Assembly (NCBI GenBank): GCA_035565935.1
Contig: DATMRU010000032.1
Span: 22,436 to 86,435 of the forward strand
From: Roseomonas sp.
GTDB taxonomy: Bacteria > Pseudomonadota > Alphaproteobacteria > Acetobacterales > Acetobacteraceae
Length of the DNA stretch: 64,000 nucleotides
Direction of reading: 5' to 3'
In this document: one piece after another, positions 34,175 through 44,700 of the stretch
Layout of the letters: every line of letters begins with the position of its first letter
How positions within the stretch are numbered: position 1 is the first letter of the stretch
The notes under the pieces: generated by a model
Database searches by the model: none
Told to the model about the DNA's origin: nothing
Seen by the model: only the letters and a program-made list of their open reading frames with translations
Translations under genes and position numbers: made by a program

Positions 34175-35014
34175 ATGGTGCTTCGAATGCGCGCGGATCT
34201 GGATTCCTTGGCAAGCGTGGTCCGCGACCGGCGCGCCATCCTCTTCGTCGGCGCCGGGCTTTCCATGTCCGTCGGCCTGCCCTCCTGGCGGCATTTGATC
34301 GAGCATATGGGCGAGGAGCTGGGGCTCGACCCGGCCTGGTTCCTGAGCGCCGACAGCAGCTACCAGACGCTGGCCGAATACTACCGGCTCCGGAAGGGCA
34401 GCATCGGGCCGCTGCGGAGCTGGATGGACCGGAACTGGAGCGTCTCGGAAGAAAGGGTCCGCACCTCACGTGTGCATGAGATCGTCGTCCAGCTCGATTT
34501 TCCCATTATCTACACGACCAACTACGACGCCAATCTCGAGACCGCCTTCCGCATACACGGCCGCGACTATGTGAAGATTGCCAATACGCGGGACATCGCC
34601 AAGGCGAACCACCAGGTCGCGCAGATCATCAAGTATCACGGGGATTTCGAGGACGACCAGTCGCTCGTCATCGCCGAGACCGATTACCTCAACAGGCTGA
34701 GCTTCTCCTCGCCGCTGGACATCAAGCTCTGGGCGGATGCGCTGGGGCGGACGCTGCTGTTCATCGGCTACAGCATGTCGGACCTGAACATCCGGCTGCT
34801 GCTGCACAAGCTCGCCCAGATCTGGCGGGCCTCCGGCTATGAGAAGGACCGGCCCTCGCCCTTCGTCTTCATGCCGCGCCACAATGAGGTGCAGGAGGCC
34901 GTGCTGGGCCAGTGGGGCATCAACGTCATCGCCGGCGACAGCGATGATCCGGAAACCTCGCTGGCCGCCTTCCTGGAGGAGTTGCTGCGACGCGTGCGCG
35001 AGGTGGAGAGCTGA
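34175..35014 (+). CDS. Standalone SIR2-like (SIR2_2) protein
   Basis: LFVGAGLS...LPSW, YTTNYD, IKYHG, LFIGYSMSD. Confidence 0.88.
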   Translation: MVLRMRADLDSLASVVRDRRAILFVGAGLSMSVGLPSWRHLIEHMGEELGLDPAWFLSADSSYQTLAEYYRLRKGSIGPLRSWMDRNWSVSEERVRTSRVHEIVVQLDFPIIYTTNYDANLETAFRIHGRDYVKIANTRDIAKANHQVAQIIKYHGDFEDDQSLVIAETDYLNRLSFSSPLDIKLWADALGRTLLFIGYSMSDLNIRLLLHKLAQIWRASGYEKDRPSPFVFMPRHNEVQEAVLGQWGINVIAGDSDDPETSLAAFLEELLRRVREVES

Positions 35015-35137
35015 AGGGCCCGCTGCCTGTTCGGCCACAAGGCGCATGGATCATGACGGCGCCGGACAGGCAGGGGCAGAGACCGCTGCCCGGTCGCGCC
35101 AAACCGCCTCCCCCGCAACCGTACCGCGCCCCCGGCC

Positions 35138-35833
35138 TCAGCGGTGCGAGCTCACGCCGACCTGGCGGCACATGCTCAGCAGCGGGCAGCGGGAGCAATG
35201 CGGCCGCTCCCCCGTGCAGACGTGCTTGCCGAAGGGAACCAGCCGCTCGTTGATCTCCACCCGGTAGCGCTCCGGCAGCACCACCTCCAAGGCGGCCTGC
35301 GTGCGTTCGGGCGTGGAGGCGGCCACAATCCCCCAGCGGTTGGTGACCCGGTGAACATGGATGTCCACGGCGATATAGGACCGCCCGAGTGCAACACCGA
35401 GGGTGAGCGCCGCAATCTTCGGATCGACGCCGCGGAAGGCCATCAGGCCCTCGAGCGTGTCCGGGACCACCCCACCGCGTTCATTCGCGATGCGCCGGGA
35501 CAGGGCGAGGATGTCGCGCGCCTTGGGTTCGGGGAAAGTGGCGCCGTGCAGAAGGTGCACCAACCTCGACTCGTCCAGGGACGCCATCGCCTCGGGCGTC
35601 CGCGCCACGGCGAAGAGGCGCAGGCAGACGGGAATCGTCGTCTCGTCGCGGGTGCGCGCCGAGATGAGGCTGGCGACAAGCTGTTCAAAAAGGCTGCCGT
35701 AGCCGCGATCCCGCAGTTCGAACATGGCGGCCTTGGGCAGGCCGGCAACGGCGGCGCGCAGACGGCAAAACGCCTCGTCGAAGTCGAAGGGTTCCTTCTG
35801 CGGGGGCGACCCGGCTCGTGCTGTGATCGGCAT
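35138..35833 (-). CDS. nth: Endonuclease III-like HhH-GPD glycosylase with 4Fe-4S motif
   Basis: LISARTRDE, VDIHVHRV, C-terminal CTGERPHCSRCPLLSMC. Confidence 0.88.
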   Translation of the reverse strand: MPITARAGSPPQKEPFDFDEAFCRLRAAVAGLPKAAMFELRDRGYGSLFEQLVASLISARTRDETTIPVCLRLFAVARTPEAMASLDESRLVHLLHGATFPEPKARDILALSRRIANERGGVVPDTLEGLMAFRGVDPKIAALTLGVALGRSYIAVDIHVHRVTNRWGIVAASTPERTQAALEVVLPERYRVEINERLVPFGKHVCTGERPHCSRCPLLSMCRQVGVSSHR

Positions 35834-36037
35834 GGAGGGTAAACGCCGGTCGGGTCCAACGGATCGCAGGGGAGGACGGAAAAGCTTCCCCCGCCCCGGC
35901 AGACCGCTTGAGGACATTCCAAAGCGCCGCCGGGCCAGGCCCCACACGCCATACCCACCTCTCAGGAAGCCCGCCGCCCGTTGCGGTTCCCTCTGGCCCT
36001 GGACCATGGGTCGAGCATCGCCTCCCCCGGCCCCTCG

Positions 36038-37342
36038 TCAGGAAACCTGCCGGCCAGCCCGTCTTTCTGCCGGAGCGGCCACCGCTGCGGCGGGCGCGGC
36101 GTGGAGCACGGGCGTGCGCCGCACCTCGGTGATGTAGAGCAGAATCAGCGATACCCAGGTGATCCCGTAGAGCAGCATGAAGCAGCTGGAATTCACCCCC
36201 ACCCAGTCCAGGGCGATGCCGAACAGGACCGGCAGCAGAAAGCCGCCCAGCCCGCCGGCCAGCCCTACGATGCCCGAGACGATTCCCATATTCGCGGGAA
36301 AATCGTCACCAATGTACTTGAAGGTGGAGGCCATGCCGCAGGCGAAGGCGATCCCCAGCACGAAGAGCAGCCCCGTGGCCAGCCAGGCCGGCAGCCCCAG
36401 GTGGAAGGTCGCCGGCCCACGCACGGTCTGGACCGTGAAATCCGTCTGCGGATAGGAGAGCAGGAACAGGCTGATCCAGGCTGCCCACAGCACCCACCAC
36501 GTGACACTATGGGCGCCGAAACGGTCCGACAGCCAGCCGCCGAGGGCCCGCAATCCACCACCGGGGAGGGAGAAACAGGCGGCCAGCAGCGCGGCCTGCG
36601 CGATGGAGAGCCCGTACTCGTTGACGTAGTACTGCGGCATCCAGACCGACAGCGCCGTGAAGCCTCCGAACACGATCGAATAGTACTGGCAATATTTCCA
36701 CACGCGCCGGTCCCGCAGCACGGCGAGTTGCTGGCGCAGGGGAACGGACCGGCCGGGGGCCGCCGTATCAGGGGCGGAGAGGATCCAGAACAGCACCGCC
36801 GTCGCCAGCAGCGCCACGGCATAGACCTTCGGCACGCTCTGCCAGCCGTATTGTGCGACGAGCACGGGGGCGACGAACATGTTGATGGCCGCGCCCGCCG
36901 TGCCGGCGCCGAACACGCCCATGGCGAAGCCCCGCCGCTCCTGCGGGAAGAAGCGCGCCACATAGGGCGTGCCGACCGAGAAGGAAGCGCCCACCAGGCC
37001 CAGCGCCAGGCCCAGCAGCAAGAGTTGCCAGAGCTGGGTGGCATAGGAGACGAGCCAGACCGGCACCGTGCAGATCAGCAGCAGCAGGGTCATGACGGGG
37101 CGGCCGCCGAACCGGTCCGTCCAGATGCCGAGGGGCAGGCGGAAGATCGCCCCGGTCAGGACGGGCGTCGCCGTCAGCAGCCCGAACTCGGAGGCGCTCA
37201 GCCCCAACTCCTGCCGGATCGGGATGCCCGTCACCCCGAACATCATCCAGATCGCGAAGCAGATCAGGAAGGCGAAGGTGCTGACCAGCAGCACCCGCAG
37301 GGCCCGCGCGTCACCCTGCGCGACCGGGGCCGAGGCGCTCAA
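36038..37342 (-). CDS. narK: Nitrate/nitrite MFS transporter
   Basis: GAIFRLPLGIWTDRFGGR, SFSVGTPYVARFF, GLAGGLGGF; TTG start 37342 with GGAGG RBS, overlapping PPIase stop. Confidence 0.9.
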   Translation of the reverse strand: MSASAPVAQGDARALRVLLVSTFAFLICFAIWMMFGVTGIPIRQELGLSASEFGLLTATPVLTGAIFRLPLGIWTDRFGGRPVMTLLLLICTVPVWLVSYATQLWQLLLLGLALGLVGASFSVGTPYVARFFPQERRGFAMGVFGAGTAGAAINMFVAPVLVAQYGWQSVPKVYAVALLATAVLFWILSAPDTAAPGRSVPLRQQLAVLRDRRVWKYCQYYSIVFGGFTALSVWMPQYYVNEYGLSIAQAALLAACFSLPGGGLRALGGWLSDRFGAHSVTWWVLWAAWISLFLLSYPQTDFTVQTVRGPATFHLGLPAWLATGLLFVLGIAFACGMASTFKYIGDDFPANMGIVSGIVGLAGGLGGFLLPVLFGIALDWVGVNSSCFMLLYGITWVSLILLYITEVRRTPVLHAAPAAAVAAPAERRAGRQVS

Positions 37343-38217
37343 CCGCAGCCTCCCGCACCCGCCACGTTGGGCCTGCGCCCGGGCCGCGGGCCGGCCGGAA
37401 GGTCGGCGGAGGTGCAGGAGGAGCCGGCTGGCCAGGCCGAGGGGCGGGGAGGCGCGTTCTCGCCCTCGAACAGGTCGAAGCCCTGGATGCGGGCGCGGGC
37501 GGCCAGTGCCGCGATATAGCCCTGCACGGCCTGGCGCCAGCTGGCTTCCTGGAAGAACTCGGCGATCCGCCCGCGGACAGCGGCGAAGGGCGGCACACGC
37601 CCAGTCTCGCGGGCCAGTACGCGGATGACATGCATGCCGTAGCGGCTCCTGACCACCGTCGGGCAGACCTGGCCGGCTTCCAGCGCGGCGAGATGTCCTT
37701 CGAATTCCGGCACCGTGCTGCCGCGCTCGATGAGGCCGAGATCGCCGCCCTGCGACTTCGAGGGGCAATCCGAGAAGCGGCTGGCGAGCACCGGCAGCCG
37801 GTCCGGGTCCTCCAGCACCTCGGCGAGCAGCGCCTCGGCCCGGGCCCGCGCCGCCTCGGTGGCCCGCTCGTCCTTCGGGTTCGCGGCGACCAGCAGGTGC
37901 TGCACATGCCAGACATCGGGCAGGCGCAACCGCTCCTGGTTCCGCTCATACCAGCGCCGCAGTTCCGGCTCGGTCGGCTCCGGGAGGTTCAGCTCGGTTT
38001 CCAGCAGCCGCCGGATCGCCGCCTCATCCGGCTCCTCCCCCGGCTCCGGATCGCGGTCGCTAATGCCACGCGCGGCGGCCTCGGCCAGCAGGATCTGACG
38101 GACGATCAGAGCGCGCGCCGCGTTCTCCCACGCGGTGGCCGGATCGGCCGCGTCCTGCAGCTGGACTTCAAGAGCGATCCGGTCCTCCGGGATCTCCACC
38201 CCATCCACCTTGATCAT
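37339..38217 (-). CDS. Parvulin-type peptidyl-prolyl isomerase (NifM-like) of nar operon
   Basis: HVQHLL, FSDCPSKSQGGDLG, TVPEFE, SRYGMHVI. Confidence 0.88.
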   Translation of the reverse strand: MIKVDGVEIPEDRIALEVQLQDAADPATAWENAARALIVRQILLAEAAARGISDRDPEPGEEPDEAAIRRLLETELNLPEPTEPELRRWYERNQERLRLPDVWHVQHLLVAANPKDERATEAARARAEALLAEVLEDPDRLPVLASRFSDCPSKSQGGDLGLIERGSTVPEFEGHLAALEAGQVCPTVVRSRYGMHVIRVLARETGRVPPFAAVRGRIAEFFQEASWRQAVQGYIAALAARARIQGFDLFEGENAPPRPSAWPAGSSCTSADLPAGPRPGRRPNVAGAGGCG

Positions 38218-38777
38218 TAGCGGGCTCCCTGCTGCTCACGCCCCATCTCCTCCAGCCTGGCCTGTACGGCCGGACCGGTGGCCTGCAGCCCCGCCGTCAC
38301 GCCGTCCTCGAAGGCGATCGCGGATGGCACGCCGAGGGAGGCGCGGTACAGCGCCCACATTGCCCCGGCCTGATCGATATCCTTGCCGTGCAGCAACAGG
38401 GGCAGGTTGCTGCGGTCGGCAACGACATCTGCGAACTGCTTCACCTGCGCCGCCGTGGGAACGCCCTGGACGGGGATGTTGACGTAGCGGATCCGGGAAT
38501 ACTCGGCCCGCTGCCGCTCCTGGGCCGTGGCGTCGCCGGACTGCCGCAGATCGACAATGGTCCCGAAGCCGACACGCTTGGCCTCGATCACGCCTTTGTC
38601 GCCGATCGGGCCGGAGGTCGCGATCAGCGGCGACGCGCGATGGTAGAGCGGCAGCCGCTGCTCGCTGATCTGGTCGCCGAACGGGGCGACGCCGGGCCTG
38701 GGCGCGACATCGGTCGCCGAGCCGGCTCCCATGACGAGCAGGCCCAACACCGGCAGCCCCGCGAGGCGGGCGCGCAT
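38217..38777 (-). CDS. Exported DUF442/phosphatase-fold protein lacking catalytic Cys
   Basis: Signal-like N-terminus; TSG, GFGTIVDLR, YVNIPV, PLLLHGKDIDQAGAMWAL; coupled to narI and PPIase. Confidence 0.75.
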   Translation of the reverse strand: MRARLAGLPVLGLLVMGAGSATDVAPRPGVAPFGDQISEQRLPLYHRASPLIATSGPIGDKGVIEAKRVGFGTIVDLRQSGDATAQERQRAEYSRIRYVNIPVQGVPTAAQVKQFADVVADRSNLPLLLHGKDIDQAGAMWALYRASLGVPSAIAFEDGVTAGLQATGPAVQARLEEMGREQQGAR

Positions 38778-39481
38778 CACACGCCTTCCTTGGCGATGTT
38801 CGCGTTCTTGCGGACGATCTGCCAGCCCGGCCGGCCGAGGAACCAGATCGGCGCCGACCAGACATGCACGAGGCGCGTGAACGGCACCAGCAGGAACAGG
38901 GTCATCCCGCAGACCAGGTGGACCTTGTAGATCCAGGGAACCGCGCTCACGAGCTGGGCGGAGCCTGGCTGGAACAGCAGGATGCTGCGGCACCACTCGG
39001 CCAGCACCAGCATGTAGGTGCCGTCCAGGTTCTGCGCGGAATCCGGCAGCGTGCTGATCCCCAGGCAGAGCTGGAAGAAGATGAACAGCAGGATGAAGAT
39101 GTCGGTCGGCTTGCTGGTCTGCCGGATGCGGTGATCGGTCAGCCGTCGATGGATCAACATCGAACCGCCGATCAGGCCGAGGATGGCCAGCACGCCGCCG
39201 GTGACGATCGCCATCATCTGCTTCGCCTTCACCGTCAGCCCCAGCGCGTGATAGACCTCGGGCGGCGTGAGCAGCCCGGCAGTGTGGCCGACGAAAAGGC
39301 CGAGAATGCTGATGTGAAACAGGTTGCTGCCCCAGACCAACTCCCGCCGGCGCAGGAACTGGCTGGACTGGCTGCGCCAGGAGAACTGGCTGCGGTCGAA
39401 GCGCGCCCAGCTGCCCAGGAAGAAGCAGATCATGCAGAGGTAAGGATAGAACCCGAACAGGAATTGATTCAGCCAGTCCAT
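38777..39481 (-). CDS. narI: Respiratory nitrate reductase gamma subunit (cytochrome b)
   Basis: FGFYPYL, WRSQSSQFL, SNLFHISIL...GHTAGLLTP, HLVCG, PFTRLVHVWS. Confidence 0.96.
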   Translation of the reverse strand: MDWLNQFLFGFYPYLCMICFFLGSWARFDRSQFSWRSQSSQFLRRRELVWGSNLFHISILGLFVGHTAGLLTPPEVYHALGLTVKAKQMMAIVTGGVLAILGLIGGSMLIHRRLTDHRIRQTSKPTDIFILLFIFFQLCLGISTLPDSAQNLDGTYMLVLAEWCRSILLFQPGSAQLVSAVPWIYKVHLVCGMTLFLLVPFTRLVHVWSAPIWFLGRPGWQIVRKNANIAKEGV

Positions 39482-40188
39482 GGTGCATCCCCCTTGGTTC
39501 GCGGCTGCTGCGGCGGCGGCAGATCGCGGCTGAATTGCGCGACCAGGGCCGCCGCCTTGGAGCAGGCGCTCTCCGCGCCCGCCGGCTCCATGAAGTTCAC
39601 GGGCGCTTCCTCATAGCGGGCGTCCAGCGCCTCGGGCGTGTCCGCCGGCTCCTCGGCGAGCCGGGCCTCCACGGCCTCCCGGTCCGCGCGCCGCGCGCCC
39701 AGCGCCTCGATCGCCCGCAGGACGGCGGCATAGGGCGTTCCGCGCCGTTCCAGCCGGCCGGCGAGCAGGGCGACCACATCCACGATCTCGCCCACTAGCG
39801 CGCTGGCCTGCGCCGGCGCGTGCAGCGACGCGAATTCGAGGAACACCGGCAGGAAGTCGGGCAGTTCGTCCGCCGTCAGGTCGAGCCCCATGCCGCGGTA
39901 GTCCTCCACAAGGTCCACCATGGCCTGCCCGCGCTCGCGGGAATCGCCGTAGACATGGCCGAAGAGATAGAGGGAGAGCGAGGGCGCGCCATCGAACAGC
40001 GCCACGTACTCGCCTTGCGCCTGCATCAGTTCGGTGGCGCCGAGCCGGTCGCAGAAGGCCAGCACCGCGTCCCGCTCGGCCGGTGGGAGACCGGATTCGC
40101 GCAGGATGGCGGCGATCTCCGGCAGGGCGTCGAGCAGTTCCCGCTCCGGGTACAGCAGCAAACCGGCGAGGGCCTTGCATACGAGCAC
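39469..40188 (-). CDS. narJ: Nitrate reductase molybdenum cofactor assembly chaperone
   Basis: YVALFD, SLYLFGHVYGDSRERGQAMVDL, ELPDFLPVFLEF. Confidence 0.95.
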   Translation of the reverse strand: MLVCKALAGLLLYPERELLDALPEIAAILRESGLPPAERDAVLAFCDRLGATELMQAQGEYVALFDGAPSLSLYLFGHVYGDSRERGQAMVDLVEDYRGMGLDLTADELPDFLPVFLEFASLHAPAQASALVGEIVDVVALLAGRLERRGTPYAAVLRAIEALGARRADREAVEARLAEEPADTPEALDARYEEAPVNFMEPAGAESACSKAAALVAQFSRDLPPPQQPRTKGDAPWTG

Positions 40189-40192
40189 GGCG

Positions 40193-41725
40193 CTACTTCC
40201 TGTCCAGCGGGAAGCGCTCGCCGCGGGTCTTGCGGGTATCCTGGCCCCACAACATGAAGCGGCTGTTTCCTTCGGAGGTCATTTGGCCGAAATGGAAGCC
40301 GGCGATGCCACGCTGGTCATAGGCGTTCGCCGCCACCTCCTTGTGCGCGGTCGGGATCACGAAGCGGTCCTCGTAATTCGCGATCGCCATGATCCGGTAC
40401 ATTTCCTCGGCCTGACGCGGGGTGAGGCCCACGGCGTCGAGCGCGGTGGTGTCCTGCACGCCCTCCACGCTCCGGCGACGCATATGGGCCCGCAGCGCCA
40501 GCAGCTTGCGCAAGGTCAGACGGATGGGTTCCTCCTTCCCGGCGGTCAGCAGATTGGCGAGGTACCGGACCGGGATGCGCAGGCTGTCCACATCGGGAAT
40601 ACCCTCCAGCGTGGCCAGGGCGCCCGCATCCGCCGCTTCCTGGATCGGGGAAAGCGGCGGGATGTACCAGACCATGGGAACTGTCCGGTATTCCGGGTGC
40701 AGCGGGAAGGCGACCTTCCACTCGCAGGCCATCTTGTAGACGGGCGAGCGCTGCGCCGCCTCGATCCAGCTATCCGGCACGCCATCCTTCCGCGCCTGGG
40801 CGATCACGGCCGGGTCGTGCGGGTCCAGGAAGATGCCGAGCTGTGCCTGATAGCAGTCCTGGACGTCAGGCTGCGCGGCGACCTCGGCGATGCGATCCGC
40901 GTCATACAGCATGACGCCGAGATAGCGGATGCGGCCCACGCAGGTCTCGGAGCACACCGTCGGCTGCCCGCTCTCGATGCGCGGATAGCAGAAGATGCAC
41001 TTCTCCGACTTGCCGGTATGCCAGTTGTAATAGACCTTCTTGTAGGGGCAGCCGGTGACGCACATGCGCCAGCCTCGGCACTTCTCCTGGTCGATCAGGA
41101 CGATCCCGTCCTCCTCCCGCTTGTAGATCGCGCCGGAGGGGCAGGCCGCGAGGCAGCTTGGGTTCAGGCAGTGTTCGCAAAGGCGCGGCAGGAACATCAG
41201 GAAGGAGTTCTCGAACTCTCCGTAGATCGCCTTCTCCACGTCCCGGAAATTGTAATCCTGCGCCCGCTTGTGGAACTCAGTGCCGAGGGATTCCTCCCAG
41301 TTCGGCCCCCAGCGCACCTTGTCCATGCGCTCGCCCGTGACGATGGAGACAGGCTGCGCCGTGGGCGCCGCCTCGCTCTCTGGGACGCCATGGATGTAGG
41401 AGTACTCGTAGTCGAAGGGCTCGTAGTAATCGTCGATTTCCGGCAGTTCCGGATTGGCGAAGATCTTCGACAGGATGCGCCACTTGCCGCCTGTCTTGGG
41501 CCGCAGCGCGCCGCCCTTGCCCAGCACCCAGCCGCCGCGCCAGCGCTCCTGGTTTTCCCAGTCCTTGGGGTAGCCGATGCCCGGCTTGCTCTCGACGTTG
41601 TTCCACCAGGCGTATTCGATGCCCTGGCGCGTGGTCCAGACCTGCTTGCAGGTGACGCTGCAAGTATGGCAGCCGATGCACTTGTCGAGGTTCAGGACCT
41701 TGCCGATCTGCGCGCGGATCTTCAT
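40193..41725 (-). CDS. narH: Respiratory nitrate reductase beta subunit
   Basis: MKIRAQIGKVLNLDKCIGCHTCSVTCK, CEHCLNPSC, CRGWRMCVTGCP, CIFCYPR. Confidence 0.98.
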   Translation of the reverse strand: MKIRAQIGKVLNLDKCIGCHTCSVTCKQVWTTRQGIEYAWWNNVESKPGIGYPKDWENQERWRGGWVLGKGGALRPKTGGKWRILSKIFANPELPEIDDYYEPFDYEYSYIHGVPESEAAPTAQPVSIVTGERMDKVRWGPNWEESLGTEFHKRAQDYNFRDVEKAIYGEFENSFLMFLPRLCEHCLNPSCLAACPSGAIYKREEDGIVLIDQEKCRGWRMCVTGCPYKKVYYNWHTGKSEKCIFCYPRIESGQPTVCSETCVGRIRYLGVMLYDADRIAEVAAQPDVQDCYQAQLGIFLDPHDPAVIAQARKDGVPDSWIEAAQRSPVYKMACEWKVAFPLHPEYRTVPMVWYIPPLSPIQEAADAGALATLEGIPDVDSLRIPVRYLANLLTAGKEEPIRLTLRKLLALRAHMRRRSVEGVQDTTALDAVGLTPRQAEEMYRIMAIANYEDRFVIPTAHKEVAANAYDQRGIAGFHFGQMTSEGNSRFMLWGQDTRKTRGERFPLDRK

Positions 41726-44700
41726 GCCCGGTTTCCTTCGAGGCGGGTGGCTTCCTCGGCCTTCATGATGGGCCGCTTCTCGGAGAGGGGGCGATCCCGC
41801 CAGTCCACCTTCACCATCTTGCGCAGGATGATGAACTCGTCGCGGTTGGAGCCGACCGTGCCGTAATAGTTGAAACCCCAGGAGAGCTGCGCATAGCCGC
41901 CGATCATGTGGGTGGGCTTCAGCACCACGCGCGTGACTGAGTTGTGGATGCCGCCGCGGTTCTGCGTGACTTCGCTCCCCGGCACGTTCGCGGTGCGCTC
42001 AGCCGCGTGATACATGAAGGCGGCGCCGCGCGGGATGCGCTGGCTGACCACCGCGCGCGCCACCAGGGCGCCGTTGCGGTTGAAGGCCTCGATCCAGTCA
42101 TTGTCCTCGATGCTAGCCTCCGCGGCGTCACGCTCGTTGATCCAGACGATCGGCCCGCCGCGGGCCAGCGTCAGCATGATGAGGTTTTCGGTATAGGTAC
42201 TGTGGATGCCCCATTTCTGGTGCGGCGTGAGGAAGTTCAGCACCAGCGGTGGATTGCCGTTGTCGTGCAGCCGCGTCAGGTCGTCGCTCACCGAGCGCGT
42301 GTCGATCGGCGGGCGATAGGTCGCGAAGCCTTCGCCGAAGTCACGCATCCACGGATGATCCTGATAGATTTCCTGCCGCCCCGTCAGGGTGCGCCAGGGG
42401 ATCAGCTCGTGCACATTGGTCCAGCCGGCATTGTAGCAGATTTCGTGACTCTCGATGCCCGACCACACGGGCGAGGTGAGGATCGGCCGCGGCTGGGCAG
42501 CGATGTCGCGGAACTCGATCTTCTCGTCCACGCGGCGGGCGATCAGGTGGGTGTGGTCACGCCCCGTCACCTTGGACAGCGCCTGCCAGGCCTTCAGCGC
42601 GACATGGCCATTGGTCTCGGGTGCCAGCGTCAGCACCGTCTCGATCGCATCCAGGTCGTCCCGCATGCGCGGCCGGTCGGCACGCTCGGGCATGTTGACG
42701 TGGCGGAGGCGCTTCACCTCCTCCTTCGTGTCCCAGACCATGCCCTTCGTGCCGTTCCCGCGCTCCTCCAGCAGCGGTCCCACACTGGTGAAGCGGTCAT
42801 AGGTGGCGGCATAGTCGCGCTGCACGAGGGTGATCGCCGGCATGGTGCGGCCCGGGACACCCGCCGGACCGCCACGCCGCCAGTCCTGGCCGCCATAGGG
42901 CTGGGAGAGTTCGGAGGGCGTGTCCTTCAGCGTGGGTGTCAGCACCACGTCCTCCTCCACCCCCAGTTCCCCGGGCGCGAGGCGCTGGAAGGCCTTTGCG
43001 ATCTCGCGGAAGATCGCCCAGTCCGTGCGCGCGCCCCAGACCGGATCCACCGCCGCCTGCAGCGGATGGATGAAGGGGTGCATGTCGGAGGTGTTGAGAT
43101 CGGCCTTCTCGTACCAGGTCGCGGTCGGCAGCACGATGTCGGAGAAGAGCGTCGTCGTGTTCATGCGGAAATCGATGGTGACCAGCAGGTCCAGCTTGCC
43201 CTCCGGCGCCCTCTCCCGGCGCACCACCTCTTCCGGTCGCTGATCGCTCTCCTCGTTCAGCACGTTGTTACGCGCACCCAGCAGGTGCTTGAGGAAATAC
43301 TCGTGCCCCTTCCCGCTGGCGCCGAGCAGGTTGGAGCGCCAGACGAACAGGTTGCGCGGCCAGTTCTCCGGCGCATCCGGGTCCTCGCAGGCCATGCGCA
43401 GTGCGCCGCTGTTCAGCCCTTCCGCGATATGAGCGACCGGGTCCTTGCCCGCCGCGCGCGCCTCCCGCGCGACCTGCAGCGGATTCCGCGCCAATTGCGG
43501 CGAACTCGGCAACCAGCCCATCCGCTCCGCCCGCACGTTGCAGTCGATCAGCGTACCGGACCAGCGGGACGGGTCGGCCAATGGCGAGATCTGCTCGTGC
43601 AGTTCCATCCGCTCGTAGCGCCACTGGTCGGTATGGGCGTAGAAATAGCTGGTGCCGTTCATCTGCCGCGGCGGCCGCACCCAGTCGGAGGCGAAGGCGA
43701 CCGGCAGCCAGCCCGCCTGCGGGCGCAGCTTCTCCTGCCCCACATAATGCGCCCATCCGCCACCGGACTGGCCGATGCAGCCGCACAGCACCAGCATCGC
43801 CATGATGGCGCGGTACGACATGTCCATGTTGTACCAGTGGTTCAGCCCCGCTCCGAGGATCACCATGGAGCGGCCCTTCGTCGCCTCGGCATTCGCCGCG
43901 AAGCCGCGCGCCACAGCAATGCAGCGTTCGCGCGGCACGCCGGTGATCCGCTCCTGCCAGGCTGGCGTCCCCGGCGTATCATCATCGAAGCTGGCCGCGC
44001 CGTCATCGCCCAGGCCGCGGCTGACGCCATAGCTGCCGAGCATCAGGTCGAAGACGGTCGCGACCTGGACCTGGCTGCCGTCCTTCAGCGTCAGGCGGCG
44101 CACCGGCACGCGGCGCCGCTGGACCGGTGCGTGATCCGTGCGGCCGAAGCGGCCGCCATTGCCGAAATAGGGGAAGGAAATGGTCGCCACCTCTCCGCCC
44201 TCCTCCCGCAGGGAGAGTCGGGGCGAGATCGCATGTCCGTCGCCGCCGTCCTTCGGTTCGAGGTTCCACTTGCCCTGCTCGCCCCAGCGGAAGCCCGCCG
44301 TGCCCTGGGGGGCCACCACATCGCCCGTGGCCTCCTCGATGACGACCGGCTTCCAGTCGGGGTTGTTCGCCTGGCCCAGCCCATCCGCGAAATCGGCCGC
44401 GCGCAGCATCCGGCCGGCGACCAGCTCCTCGCCACGCTCCTCCAGCATCACCAGGAAAGGCAGGTCCGAGTACTTGCGGACGTAATCCTGGAAGTACGGG
44501 ACCTGCCGGTCCACGAAGAACTCCTTCAGGATCACGTGGCCCATGGCGAGCGCCAGCGCCGCATCCGTGCCCTGCTTCGGGTGCAGCCACAGGTCGGCGA
44601 AGCGCGCCACCTCGATGAAATCAGGGGCGATCACCACGCTCTTGGCGCCACGATAGCGGGCCTCGGTGTAGAAATGCGCGTCCGGCGTCCGCGTCATCGA

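Noticed and set aside
34175-35833. Sir2 plus endonuclease III as a two-gene defence system
   Set aside because: Genes are convergent, not operonic, and Nth looks like an ordinary repair enzyme
36038-37768. 576-aa extended NarK from the ORF track
   Set aside because: Extension overlaps the PPIase gene; TTG at 37342 with RBS gives a normal NarK
38217-39488. 423-aa ORF overlapping narI
   Set aside because: Only the last 186 aa after the narI stop look protein-like; upstream part is an alternative frame of narI
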